DNA of 64,000 nucleotides from the sequence record NC_020851.1; one strand, written 5' to 3'. Positions within the stretch are counted from its first letter, which is position 1, and the number at the start of each line of letters is the position of its first letter. A model generated the notes under the pieces. The model had not been told where the DNA came from. It searched no databases and worked only from the letters and a program-made list of their open reading frames with translations. Shown piece after piece: positions 1 through 9,989 of the stretch. The position numbers were made by a program, and so were the translations under genes.

Positions 1-1226
1 TAAATTATTCCTGGTGCTGATGTAGTCTCATTAGAGAAATCAAGACGGTCGATTGTGTTGACATTAGGTGGAGCATAACCACCACCAAAGTAACCATAAG
101 AACTATTTGAGACTGCTGCTAAACCTCGTCTTGCTTGAGGTAAATTATTTCCTGGTAATGATAAAGTTTCATTTGAGAAATCTAAACGGTCGATTGTGTT
201 GACAAAAGGTGGAGTCTCACCACCACCAAAGTAACCATAAGTTCTTGAACCTTTTATTCTCTCTGATGCTCCTCCAGAGACTGCTGCTAAATCACGTCTT
301 GCTTGAGGTAAATTATTTCCTGGTAATGATAAAGTTTCATTTGAGAAATCTAAACGGTCGATTGTGGCAGCATAAGGTGGAGCAAAACCACCACCAAAGT
401 AACCATAAGAACTACTTGAGACTGCTGCTAAACCAATTCTTGCTTGAGTTAAATTATTACCTGGTGCTGATGTGGTCTCATTTGAGAAGTCAATACGGTC
501 TATTGTGTTAACAAAAGGTGTAGCATAACCACCACCAAAGTAACCATAAGAACTACTTGAGACTGCTGCTAAACCAAATCTTCCTTGAGGTAAAGTAGCA
601 GTTACTGGTGATGTAGTTTCATTAGAAAAATCAATACGGTCTATTACAAAGTCTGGTGATAATCCACCACCAAAGTAACCATAAGAACTACTTGAGAGTG
701 CTGCTAAACTATGTCTTGCTTGAGTTAAATTATTACCTGGTGCTGATGTAGTTTCATTGGAGAAATCTAAACGGTCGATTGTGTTAACAGTAGATGGACT
801 TTCTGCTGGACTTTGACCACCACCAAAGTAACCATAAGAACTACTTGAGACTGCTGCTAAAAAAGCTCTTACTTGAGGTAGATTATTACCTGGTGCTGAT
901 GTGGTCTCATTTGAGAAGTCAATACGGTCTACTGTGTTAACATAAGATGGTGATAATCCTAGATCTCTACCACCACCAAAGTAACCATAAGAACTACTTG
1001 AGACTGCTGCTAAAGTATATTTAACTAGAGATAGATTATTACCTGGTGTTGATGTAGTCTCATTAGAGAAATCAATACGGTCTATTGTGTCAACCGAAGG
1101 TGGAGCATTACCACCACCAAAGTAACCATAAGTAGCACTCTCTGGCCAACTTTCAAAGTTATCGTCCTTTATGTTTTGAACTTGCTTTTTATATACTCTA
1201 TCAAGACCAAAAATTCCTCTTGCCAT
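1..1226 (-). CDS. Kelch-like beta-propeller repeat protein (5' part; runs off the left edge)
   Basis: Not in the ORF track. ATG at 1226 reads MARGIFGLDRVYKK..., then at least 8 repeats of about 47-50 aa (YGYFGGG...TIDRxDFSNETxSxPGNNLxQAR..LAAVSSSS). The Gly-Gly motif with a preceding aromatic residue is kelch-like. No stop was seen before position 1. Confidence 0.85.
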   Translation of the reverse strand, partial: MARGIFGLDRVYKKQVQNIKDDNFESWPESATYGYFGGGNAPPSVDTIDRIDFSNETTSTPGNNLSLVKYTLAAVSSSSYGYFGGGRDLGLSPSYVNTVDRIDFSNETTSAPGNNLPQVRAFLAAVSSSSYGYFGGGQSPAESPSTVNTIDRLDFSNETTSAPGNNLTQARHSLAALSSSSYGYFGGGLSPDFVIDRIDFSNETTSPVTATLPQGRFGLAAVSSSSYGYFGGGYATPFVNTIDRIDFSNETTSAPGNNLTQARIGLAAVSSSSYGYFGGGFAPPYAATIDRLDFSNETLSLPGNNLPQARRDLAAVSGGASERIKGSRTYGYFGGGETPPFVNTIDRLDFSNETLSLPGNNLPQARRGLAAVSNSSYGYFGGGYAPPNVNTIDRLDFSNETTSAPGII

Positions 1227-1271
1227 TTATCTACTTTTAATCTTATAATACTATTTAACAAAGTAATAATA

Positions 1272-1853
1272 CTATACTATCAGTTCAACATTAAATGAAA
1301 TTGAAATTCTATTTTGATCTGATGTATTTGGTGTAACAAAGTGAGGTAACCATGAAGGAAACAAAAGTAATTCTCCAACCTTAGGATAATGTGAAAAATA
1401 TTCATCCTTGATTAAAGAACTTCTCTGAAAGTCCATCATTCTTGCTGATCTTGGATCCTGAAAAACAATTTCATTATTTTTTTCGGGCAATTGTATATAA
1501 TAAACTCCACTTAACCATCCACTAGGATGAACATGAGTAAAATTAAATCCACCTTTTGGATTGATATTTCCCCACATTGCCCTCACAACCATTTGAGGAA
1601 GTTCTTTATTCGATAAATTATTAGCAATTATTTTTGAAGCATTAAGTGTTTCATCTAAAAGAGGTTTGAAAATATTTTCTTTCCATAAAAAAGTGTCACT
1701 CTGCCAACCATTACGATTACTTCTCCTCTCACCTTCTGTTCTCTTAGAAAGTTCCATTAAAAAATTTTTATACTTTTGATTCTGATGTTCATTGAACAAA
1801 TCAGCAATATAAAAATTAGTCGGAAAAATAATACCTTCCTTCAATTGTGCCAT
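1272..1853 (-). CDS. 2OG-Fe(II) oxygenase (TIGR02466-like)
   Basis: HVHPSGWLSGVYY, LFPSWLPHFV and RISISFN motifs of the double-stranded beta-helix oxygenases common in cyanophages. Confidence 0.85.
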   Translation of the reverse strand: MAQLKEGIIFPTNFYIADLFNEHQNQKYKNFLMELSKRTEGERRSNRNGWQSDTFLWKENIFKPLLDETLNASKIIANNLSNKELPQMVVRAMWGNINPKGGFNFTHVHPSGWLSGVYYIQLPEKNNEIVFQDPRSARMMDFQRSSLIKDEYFSHYPKVGELLLFPSWLPHFVTPNTSDQNRISISFNVELIV

Positions 1854-1869
1854 AATAAATTCAATTCTT

Positions 1870-2976
1870 CTATGTTATATATTTACCCGATAAAGTAGCA
1901 GAAAGACTATCCGTAAGAGTGGTTCCGGCAATACCTACGACAATAGTATCATTTGCCGCAAGATACTTTGGTCTTTCCAAAATCTCAATAACACTATTCT
2001 TAGGTACTGTCATATTATATACTAAGTATCCCTGTCTAACACCTGTAGTCAGAATACCTCCAACACTTCCTCCACGATAGATAGATACTGATGCATCAAC
2101 ATCAATATTTAAATCATAATTACACAATCGAATTGATTGAATAACTGATGGATTTGTATTTGATGTGAACATTTCTGTTCCGGCTGGTGTAGTAACTGTT
2201 ACTCCAGTTCCAATGTAATCAGTATCAGTTTTTTCGGAATAGATTATGAAGGAATCCAATCCATTATTAACTCCTGTTGCCGTTGTTCCTACTCCATTAA
2301 GTGCTTGGAAACTTAAAACATCTGATGGTTTTGCAATAATTGGTTCTTCTAAAAGTTCCAAAGAACCTTGATAAGGAACTACAACTCTTTGTGTAGTCGG
2401 AACATTTTGTCCGCCATTAAAATCATGTCTTGATGTGAAATAAAGATTTGTATTATAAATGTTCGTTACATGAATAGACTCAATTACATAACTCTTACCT
2501 GCAGTTGATGGGAATTGCGTTGCAATTCCAGGACCAATAAAGATGTCATTATTTGCTGCAACTGTAGAAAGTCCTGCTTGTGCAGTTCCAATACCACCAG
2601 TAACTGAAATATAAACTGATGTTGTAATTCCAGTATCAAAAGTTCCTGAACCACCTCCACCACCACCAGAAATAGTAACACTACTGATACCAGTAATTCT
2701 GCCATCAGCATCTACTACGATTTGAGCAACATTTGATGCATCACCATAAGTACCATTAGCAGCACCGGTTAAATTAGTTAGATATTGACCATCACCATAA
2801 TAAGTAACGATACCAGAAGTGGCAGTGATAATACCAGTAGTTAAATTAACATCACCAGCAACAGTTAGTTGTGCTGTTGGAACTATTGTTCCAATACCAA
2901 CACGATCATTAACAATATCTACAAATATATTATTATCAGATACTAAATCACCAGTTCGTCTTGTTTTATCTGCCAT
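1870..2976 (-). CDS. Virion/tail-fibre-associated structural protein
   Basis: G/T-rich. RVGIGT and SGIVTYYGDGQYL motifs are shared with the 9990-15173 fibre. Late promoter upstream. Confidence 0.7.
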   Translation of the reverse strand: MADKTRRTGDLVSDNNIFVDIVNDRVGIGTIVPTAQLTVAGDVNLTTGIITATSGIVTYYGDGQYLTNLTGAANGTYGDASNVAQIVVDADGRITGISSVTISGGGGGGSGTFDTGITTSVYISVTGGIGTAQAGLSTVAANNDIFIGPGIATQFPSTAGKSYVIESIHVTNIYNTNLYFTSRHDFNGGQNVPTTQRVVVPYQGSLELLEEPIIAKPSDVLSFQALNGVGTTATGVNNGLDSFIIYSEKTDTDYIGTGVTVTTPAGTEMFTSNTNPSVIQSIRLCNYDLNIDVDASVSIYRGGSVGGILTTGVRQGYLVYNMTVPKNSVIEILERPKYLAANDTIVVGIAGTTLTDSLSATLSGKYIT

Positions 2977-2992
2977 CTTAAGACTTTTTAGT

Positions 2993-3000
2993 TATTTATA
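2993..3000 (-). promoter_or_regulatory. T4-type late promoter TATAAATA
   Basis: Exact TATAAATA on the minus strand, 17 nt upstream of the ATG at 2976. Confidence 0.75.
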
Positions 3001-3030
3001 CTTCAGAACCGTCAGGTTCCTCATCAACAA

Positions 3031-3282
3031 CTACTGATTATTGTCACTTTCTGTCCATTCATCAGTGTTTAGAATATTTAAGATCTCTGCATGAGTATAA
3101 GGTCCTTCAAGTGTTGTGAGTGTTGAAACAAACTCTGGTTGTTCTCCATCCCATTTTACAAAAGTTTTGTCTCCAGATACACTACGCCTTAAACTATTAG
3201 CACTTGTTTCACATACTAATGAGAAATCAACCTGATCAATTTCGGTTGTGGAGAAAATTGCGAAACTTCTATTTTCGTACAT
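3031..3282 (-). CDS. Hypothetical protein (small tail-fibre-locus protein)
   Basis: 83-aa ORF tightly packed between structural genes. Confidence 0.7.
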   Translation of the reverse strand: MYENRSFAIFSTTEIDQVDFSLVCETSANSLRRSVSGDKTFVKWDGEQPEFVSTLTTLEGPYTHAEILNILNTDEWTESDNNQ

Positions 3283-3312
3283 TGTCTTATACTCCTGTAT
3301 ATTTTTAATTAT

Positions 3313-6195
3313 TTAGAGTCCATAACGACTCTTATGAGCATTAAAGTTTTGAGTAATTTCTGATTGAGTTAATGAATCTTTGTAAATCTTTAAGTTTGAT
3401 AATGCACCATTAAAGGGATTTGTATTACCTATTCCTGATGCACCAAATTTTAATGATGCCTGATTATTTTTAATTTTTGTACGGTCTGGTGGAACAAAAT
3501 CATCTGTGTATTTTGCGACTCCTTTGGTAACACGGAAGTCGTCTATATAGGCATTTATAAAATTACTTATACTCCCAGATAAGTTTCTTCCACCAATTAT
3601 AATTTGGTCTCCTTCGTATGGTTGCCTATAGGCAGTTATTAGACTAGGAGCAAGAACACCATTAAAGAAAAGTCTATGATAAGTTCCATCACAAGAAATA
3701 GCAATGTGTCCCCAGTTATCATGGAAGAAGGCACCTCTACTTACATAATCAGGCACACCGAAACCAGTGCCATTCGATCCAGAGTTGTCTCTTTGAGTAA
3801 AATAGAAGGAAGCAAATGGTTGTCCAATGTTTGGATCATTAAATCCATATCCTATTCTTGCTTCAAGTTCAATTCCACCATAAATGAACTGATTAAATTG
3901 CCCATAATCTCTAGTTGTAGTAAAAATGCTTCTTTGAACAGTATGAAAGAAAGAAGTATTTACACGCATCCAAAACTCAATCGTAAAAGGATCATTACCG
4001 AAACTATAATCAGAACTAATTCCACAATCAATATAATCATTAGTGCCATCAAAGTATAATGATGATCCACCAAACTTATATTCTGATGTAGAAATACCAG
4101 CACCATTATAAGCAGTGATAATACCAGTATGATTATATGAACTGGAATCTATAATGCTTGTACTTAAGTTTTGTCCATTACCCTGAAGTAGTATTGATAA
4201 GTTATCATAGTTTGGATCATTACTATAGTATGATGCCTGATTCGGTGGTGTAAAGTCTGATGTATATTTTGCGACTCCTTTGGTAATACGGAAGTCGTCT
4301 ATGTATCCATTGAAAAAATCCACGTAAGAATCATTATTATTAAAATCTATCCGGTAGTTACATCCTACAATTAATCTACTTTCATTATATGGACTCCGAG
4401 TGTCTGTACCTGTTGTTGAATATGATAATGTACCATTAATGAAGAAATAGTAACTATCACCTTCTCTGGTCCATGCTATATGATTCCACTGCCCTCCAGT
4501 TATGCTTACACCATTTGCATTAATACTACCACCCCTTTTTCTCTCAAATGTAATACTTCCACTACCCCCAGATCCAGTATTTGCATAAACTGCAAGACTA
4601 CCATCGGGAACAGTGTTGTCAAAATGATCGGATTGTGGACCAGTTCTAAATACATATTTAGCAAAATTAGATTGATCAGTATACATCCAAAACTCAATCG
4701 TAAAGTCTTCATCCTCCATAGCATAAGAGGAATCAGTTCCACAATCAATATAATCATTAGTGCCATCAAAGTATAATGATGATCCACCAAACTTATATTC
4801 TGCTGTAGAAATACTAGCACCATTATAAGCAGTGATAATACCAGTATGATTATTTTTACTGGAGTCTATAATGTTCGTACTACCATCATTACCATTTGCA
4901 TTTAGAATAATAGAAGCATTATCAAAATATAAGTCTCTGTTCAAGTCTGCACTATAATCATAACTAGGATTTCTAGGAACAGCATTTACATAAGGAGTAT
5001 AAACATTTCCAGAACGAACTAAAGCATAATGATTCCAAGTGTTAGTTGTGATTCCTGATGAGAAGTCTGCGTTTTCTGCAATACCAAAAATATCTAAAGG
5101 ATCTAAAGGTGATGGTGATGTATATCTTCCTTTTAGAGCATTATAGTTTCTTTGGATTTCTGATGCTGTGAGTGCTTTATTGTAAACTAAAGTCTGAGAT
5201 ATTTTACCGTCAAATCTATTAGTTGTTCCACTTGCTGTTGCACCTATATCGAAGTTGTTGGTTTGCTTTGAAGCACTACCAACTGCAAGATTTGTTGCAA
5301 AAACACCGTTCAAGTATGACTTAGATGTTGATCCGTCCCAAGTTACAGTCACTTCGTACCATGTATTTGCAGAGATAGAAGAAACTGTAGTAACAGTTCC
5401 TCCTCTTAGTCTTACCTTAAGATTGTTCCCATCCCTATAAGTAACATAAGTAGCAGCTGCTCCTAGTCCTCCTCCCTTTCCAGTAATTGCATCTTGCCCT
5501 GATCCTACAGTATCACTATTAAACCATGAAGTTACTGACCAAGCACTAGTAGAGTTAGCAAATAGCCCATCAGCATCCGGATCTAGTTGGTTGCCTGTTG
5601 TAACGTAATCATCAGTCCCATCAAAAACAATAGAACCACCATCAGCAGAACTATAAGTTGGTCCATTAGTTAAAGTTCCATTATTACCCTGACCACTCAA
5701 ATCAGTCCAAGTAGTTCCAGAACCAGGATATGAGTCAGTATCCCCAGCATCAAGGTGCAATACAAGACCACTAGTAACTATTCCCGCAACAGCAGCAGTA
5801 GGATGAGTGACAAAACCAACAGAATACTGAAGTTTATTTGTAGCAGTCTTGATTGCCCAACCACCAACAGTACTAGTATTACCATAAGATACTAATACAT
5901 CACTTGTTTGGTCACTGAAAGAGTTCATCCAAAAATCAATCGTAAAATCACCATCAGTTAAGTTTACAGATTCATCATAAGGAATCTCCATATAATGATT
6001 AATTCCATTAAAGGTAAAATAACCTACATTAGAACTTGTATATCCAACACCATTATATAAAGTTGCTGTATTGTTATTGAGACTTATATCTGTTACAGAA
6101 GTCGTAACACCAGTATAAGACTTTGGATTAGCAGCATCTAATGCCAATGAAAGATTCTTATTTGTAGTGATTTTTGGATTATGATATCTTGACAT
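3313..6195 (-). CDS. Multi-LamG (concanavalin A-like lectin) tail-fibre/receptor-binding protein
   Basis: LHLDAG...[14 protein letters not shown], FDGTxDY, DFTIEFW, WxHxA and IDDFRxTKGVAKYT motifs; internal duplication of a roughly 230-aa LamG unit. Confidence 0.85.
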   Translation of the reverse strand: MSRYHNPKITTNKNLSLALDAANPKSYTGVTTSVTDISLNNNTATLYNGVGYTSSNVGYFTFNGINHYMEIPYDESVNLTDGDFTIDFWMNSFSDQTSDVLVSYGNTSTVGGWAIKTATNKLQYSVGFVTHPTAAVAGIVTSGLVLHLDAGDTDSYPGSGTTWTDLSGQGNNGTLTNGPTYSSADGGSIVFDGTDDYVTTGNQLDPDADGLFANSTSAWSVTSWFNSDTVGSGQDAITGKGGGLGAAATYVTYRDGNNLKVRLRGGTVTTVSSISANTWYEVTVTWDGSTSKSYLNGVFATNLAVGSASKQTNNFDIGATASGTTNRFDGKISQTLVYNKALTASEIQRNYNALKGRYTSPSPLDPLDIFGIAENADFSSGITTNTWNHYALVRSGNVYTPYVNAVPRNPSYDYSADLNRDLYFDNASIILNANGNDGSTNIIDSSKNNHTGIITAYNGASISTAEYKFGGSSLYFDGTNDYIDCGTDSSYAMEDEDFTIEFWMYTDQSNFAKYVFRTGPQSDHFDNTVPDGSLAVYANTGSGGSGSITFERKRGGSINANGVSITGGQWNHIAWTREGDSYYFFINGTLSYSTTGTDTRSPYNESRLIVGCNYRIDFNNNDSYVDFFNGYIDDFRITKGVAKYTSDFTPPNQASYYSNDPNYDNLSILLQGNGQNLSTSIIDSSSYNHTGIITAYNGAGISTSEYKFGGSSLYFDGTNDYIDCGISSDYSFGNDPFTIEFWMRVNTSFFHTVQRSIFTTTRDYGQFNQFIYGGIELEARIGYGFNDPNIGQPFASFYFTQRDNSGSNGTGFGVPDYVSRGAFFHDNWGHIAISCDGTYHRLFFNGVLAPSLITAYRQPYEGDQIIIGGRNLSGSISNFINAYIDDFRVTKGVAKYTDDFVPPDRTKIKNNQASLKFGASGIGNTNPFNGALSNLKIYKDSLTQSEITQNFNAHKSRYGL

Positions 6196-6205
6196 TTAAC
6201 TAAAT

Positions 6206-6715
6206 CTAATTTATAGAAGTTCCAGAACCATCAGCAATATCTATAACTTCTTCTACAGAAGTTCCAGAACCATCACTAATATCTATAACTTCTTCTGATT
6301 CATTAGAAGGCATTATGGGCCAGGTAATCACAAAAGGATTTGATTGTGATGTAATATCTCTCAGTTCTTGTCGGTATGATTTCCATTCTTCTGTGTTTGT
6401 AATCTCAAAATTATAATCACTTACCTGTGTATAATCACTTTCTTTTAATACATTATCTCTTTGATTGCGAATTACACTCCATTGATTCTCAATCTCTTGA
6501 TCGTTGTATGGTCTTGCGGTAAATCCAACTCCAACCCATTCCATTTTTTCTATTGTTGAATCATAAGATGGGTATGTATAGGGACCAGTATACTCTGCAC
6601 TGATGATTTCTTCTTCAGTAAAAGTAGAAGCATCAGTTCTTGTGAATCCGTTTGGCAGACGAATACGATTTGGTAATGATTTTGGATATTGATTTTTATA
6701 TGAGTATAATGCCAT
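6206..6715 (-). CDS. Tail-fibre assembly chaperone
   Basis: WSVIRNQRDNVLKESDYTQ...WKSYRQELRDIT...ITWP signature of phage tail assembly chaperones. Confidence 0.8.
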   Translation of the reverse strand: MALYSYKNQYPKSLPNRIRLPNGFTRTDASTFTEEEIISAEYTGPYTYPSYDSTIEKMEWVGVGFTARPYNDQEIENQWSVIRNQRDNVLKESDYTQVSDYNFEITNTEEWKSYRQELRDITSQSNPFVITWPIMPSNESEEVIDISDGSGTSVEEVIDIADGSGTSIN

Positions 6716-6731
6716 TGTTTTTTCTAATTAT

Positions 6732-8144
6732 TTATAGACCATATCTTCCTTTGAGGGCATCAAAGTTTTGAGTGACTTCTGATGCTGTTAATATTCGATT
6801 ATAGACCAAAACAACTCCAATTTCACAATCAGCATATTCTCCCCATTGGCCTGATCTTGCTAGGTTTATTGTATTTGGTCCTTGAGAACCACCTGCATTT
6901 GGACCCACAAAAGAAGTACCATTTTTATATAATTCCCATTGATCGGCACTATAATTTCCTGTTGCCGCATAACAAATCCAATCAGTAGTTCCCGTTGAAC
7001 CTGAAGTAGAACTAACCCACCCCTCAGCATAATACTTATCTATAGTGTTCGCGTGCCACCCCATAAGCCAATTGTTATTTGCAGAAATCACTCTTCCATT
7101 AGAACTAGTATTAGTATATCTTGCAAATGCTATAACAGTGCTTGTAGTAGTGCTATAGTTTCCAGGAATTACGGCATATTCACTCTGCGATTTATTAAAG
7201 GAAAATATGCCACCATTAGTGCTTGCATTATGTGTTGGAGTATTATAAAGAGTTGCATCATTCCCATTACCACTCAAATCAGTCCAAGTAGTACCAGAAC
7301 CAGGATATGAAGCACTATCGCCAGCATCAAGGTGTAATACAAGACCATCGGTGACGATTGATGGTACAAGTCCAGTCCATACCTCTCTACGAACAGCATC
7401 ACATTGCTCCAGTCCAGTCCAAAGACCTGATGCAAAAGTTCCAGTCTCTCCACCAGGAAGTTGTGCTGTTGGTGGTGTGAAGTTACTGGTGTATCTTGCG
7501 ACTCCTACAGTAAACCTGAGATCATCAATATATCCAATTCCCCTATAGTTACTTCCCTCTGCTGCTCCAACATAAAAAGCAGAATTGTTTGTTAAGTTTG
7601 TGGAATCCGTATGAGTGCTTTCTAGGTTTCCATTAACAAATAAATATCCAGTTACACTAGATCTACAATATGCTACATGTGCCCACGCCCCATTTGCAAC
7701 ACTTGTTGTAGAAGTCATATTGTTATTAGAATTGCTTCCATTAGAAAAATTTTGGATTACTAACTTGTTGCTACCATTAATCCAAAAAGTAAATCCACCT
7801 CCAGTAAGACTTGGGTGGTTGTGTGCTATTCCTCTTGTTCCAGAATTTTGAGGATAAACCCACGCTTCAATTGTATAGTCACCAGAGCCAATATTAAAAC
7901 TTGAATCGTGTGGGAATGTGCCGTAAGCACTAGTGCTGAAATATAAAGATCCAGTTCCGTATTTTCTTGTAGTGGTATTTACTGTGATATTGGTGTTGCT
8001 CAACGCATGAGCATGACTACTGCCATCAGTTAGGTCATTACCATTCAATAGTGATGAGACATTAGAATAGTTGGGGTCATCACTTTTAGTTCCAGTAAAT
8101 GGATCATTATTAGAACCAATTCTTCCTCCGTTATACAATGGCAT
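6732..8144 (-). CDS. Two-LamG-domain tail-fibre protein
   Basis: LamG motifs; paralogue of 8157-9626 with near-identical DNA blocks. Confidence 0.85.
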   Translation of the reverse strand: MPLYNGGRIGSNNDPFTGTKSDDPNYSNVSSLLNGNDLTDGSSHAHALSNTNITVNTTTRKYGTGSLYFSTSAYGTFPHDSSFNIGSGDYTIEAWVYPQNSGTRGIAHNHPSLTGGGFTFWINGSNKLVIQNFSNGSNSNNNMTSTTSVANGAWAHVAYCRSSVTGYLFVNGNLESTHTDSTNLTNNSAFYVGAAEGSNYRGIGYIDDLRFTVGVARYTSNFTPPTAQLPGGETGTFASGLWTGLEQCDAVRREVWTGLVPSIVTDGLVLHLDAGDSASYPGSGTTWTDLSGNGNDATLYNTPTHNASTNGGIFSFNKSQSEYAVIPGNYSTTTSTVIAFARYTNTSSNGRVISANNNWLMGWHANTIDKYYAEGWVSSTSGSTGTTDWICYAATGNYSADQWELYKNGTSFVGPNAGGSQGPNTINLARSGQWGEYADCEIGVVLVYNRILTASEVTQNFDALKGRYGL

Positions 8145-8156
8145 TCTTATAACTCC

Positions 8157-9626
8157 TTATAAACCATATCTTCCTTTGAGAGCATCAAAGTTTTGAGTGA
8201 CTTCTGATGATGTGAGTGCTTTGTTGTATATTGTGACTTGTGATATAAAACCATCGTGAACTTGAGTAGTAGATGCCCAGTGTCTCCCAACATAGTATGA
8301 GGAGTGAGAGGACATATTCCAATATAAACTACCACTATTAGTTAATAATGACCCATCCTTATAAGCATAGACATTTACAGCACTTCCATTAGAAACTCCA
8401 CCAAATGTTATTACACCATAAATCCACTTATTAAGATGGTCTGCTCCCAAATCAACTGCTGCTACCGAAGTTGCATTAATACCCGATTGGTTAATTCCTA
8501 AAGAATTTGACGTATCAATAAAAGTTAATATAGAACAAGAAGTTGTATTTACATTATTTGAAAACAAAGCAGACCACTGTTTCACGGTTTGTCTATAAAA
8601 CCAGCAACAAATACTATGTGGTCCAGTGAAAGTAGATGATGAAATAGTTCCTTGAACATAATCACTAGACCCATCAAAATCTAAATATCCACCATTAGCA
8701 CTACTATAATTATTACCATCCATACTGACGAGTGTTCCATTATTCCCATTACCACTCAAATCAGTCCAAGTAGTACCAGAACCAGGATATGAAGCACTAT
8801 CGCCAGCATCAAGGTGTAATACAAGACCATCGGTGACGATTGATGGTACAAATCCAGGCCACAATTCATTACGAATTTGTTTGATATGATCGGAAGATGT
8901 CCAAAGACCTGATGCGAAAGTTCCAGTTTCTCTACCAGGAAGTTGTGCTGTTGGTGGTGTGAAGTTACTTGTGTATCTTGCGACTCCTTTTGTGAGACGG
9001 AGGTCGTCTATGTAAGTATTTGAACTGTTACCATTAATATTTGATCCTACTCTTGCACCCTCTGCAGTCAAATCTCTTGATGAAGTAGCAGTACCGTCCA
9101 AAACACCATTTACAAAAACTCTTACAGTTGTTCCTTGCCTACAAAAAGCAACATGATACCATGTATTTGTGGAATATGTATTTGTAGAATTGTAAAGATA
9201 TGCTCCCTCTGTTCCGTCCCAAATTTTAGGTCCAGAAGTCTTAAATTCATAACCGAACCCAGCATTAAACAAACTTGTTCTTGTTTCAAAAATAGCTGAT
9301 GAAACTACAGGGTATACCCATGCTTCAACAGTAAAATCTCCAGTTCCAAATGCAAATTCACTACTGTTCGCAGCGTCTACCCAATCACCACTACCATCAA
9401 AATACATTGACGCACCACCAAACTTACTTTGCGTGGTGGAGATTTGTGCATTACCGTTAGCAGTTACGGTATGACTATAACTACTGCTATCAGTAAAAGT
9501 AGTACTACCATTGGTTCCATTACCATTCAACAGTAATGAAACACTAGAATAGTTGGGGTCATCACTTTTAGTTCCGGTAAATACTGTATTTGCTATACCA
9601 ATAGTGCCACCATTGAATCCAAGCAT
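8157..9626 (-). CDS. Two-LamG-domain tail-fibre protein
   Basis: LamG motifs; ends [15 protein letters not shown] like 6732-8144. Confidence 0.85.
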   Translation of the reverse strand: MLGFNGGTIGIANTVFTGTKSDDPNYSSVSLLLNGNGTNGSTTFTDSSSYSHTVTANGNAQISTTQSKFGGASMYFDGSGDWVDAANSSEFAFGTGDFTVEAWVYPVVSSAIFETRTSLFNAGFGYEFKTSGPKIWDGTEGAYLYNSTNTYSTNTWYHVAFCRQGTTVRVFVNGVLDGTATSSRDLTAEGARVGSNINGNSSNTYIDDLRLTKGVARYTSNFTPPTAQLPGRETGTFASGLWTSSDHIKQIRNELWPGFVPSIVTDGLVLHLDAGDSASYPGSGTTWTDLSGNGNNGTLVSMDGNNYSSANGGYLDFDGSSDYVQGTISSSTFTGPHSICCWFYRQTVKQWSALFSNNVNTTSCSILTFIDTSNSLGINQSGINATSVAAVDLGADHLNKWIYGVITFGGVSNGSAVNVYAYKDGSLLTNSGSLYWNMSSHSSYYVGRHWASTTQVHDGFISQVTIYNKALTSSEVTQNFDALKGRYGL

Positions 9627-9988
9627 TATGAAATCTCTTCGTATCCTATTGTAATATGAATATCATCAGCAGCACTTGCCTGTGCTCTGATTCCTACAGT
9701 CTCTTCCAGATAAAAGTAAATATCTTTAGAGCATAAAATTTGTGTTGCATCGGCAGGAACACTTACTGTCTTTGCAAGATAATAATCTACTCCACCTCTC
9801 AAGACACTCACACTTACATCTGCAGCAGATGTTCCATCAACATTTGCGGCAAGTATTGTATTAATCTTTAATACCTTACCACTTGCCGACGAATTCGTCA
9901 GGATTCCAGTAATTCCAGTCGTGCTAAGATTAACAACTGTCGTGATTCCTGTAATCGTGGTCGGATTTTTTAAGTTAGGTGCTGCCAT
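9626..9988 (-). CDS. Conserved small tail-fibre-locus protein
   Basis: 120-aa beta-rich ORF translationally coupled to both neighbours. Confidence 0.7.
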   Translation of the reverse strand: MAAPNLKNPTTITGITTVVNLSTTGITGILTNSSASGKVLKINTILAANVDGTSAADVSVSVLRGGVDYYLAKTVSVPADATQILCSKDIYFYLEETVGIRAQASAADDIHITIGYEEIS

Positions 9989-9989
9989 T

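Noticed and set aside
209-511. Plus-strand ORFs opposite long minus-strand genes (here and at e.g. 14173-14730, 19270-19584, 38153-38638, 62815-63225)
   Set aside because: Antisense shadows of real genes, with no RBS or recognisable motifs.
1-1200. Regularly spaced direct repeats (accaccaaagtaaccataagaact) resembling a CRISPR array
   Set aside because: They are in-frame coding repeats of a kelch-like ORF; the intervening sequences are homologous to each other, not unique spacers.
6732-9626. Possible diversity-generating retroelement template/variable repeat pair
   Set aside because: No reverse transcriptase is in the window, both copies are in coding genes, and the differences I compared are not confined to adenines.
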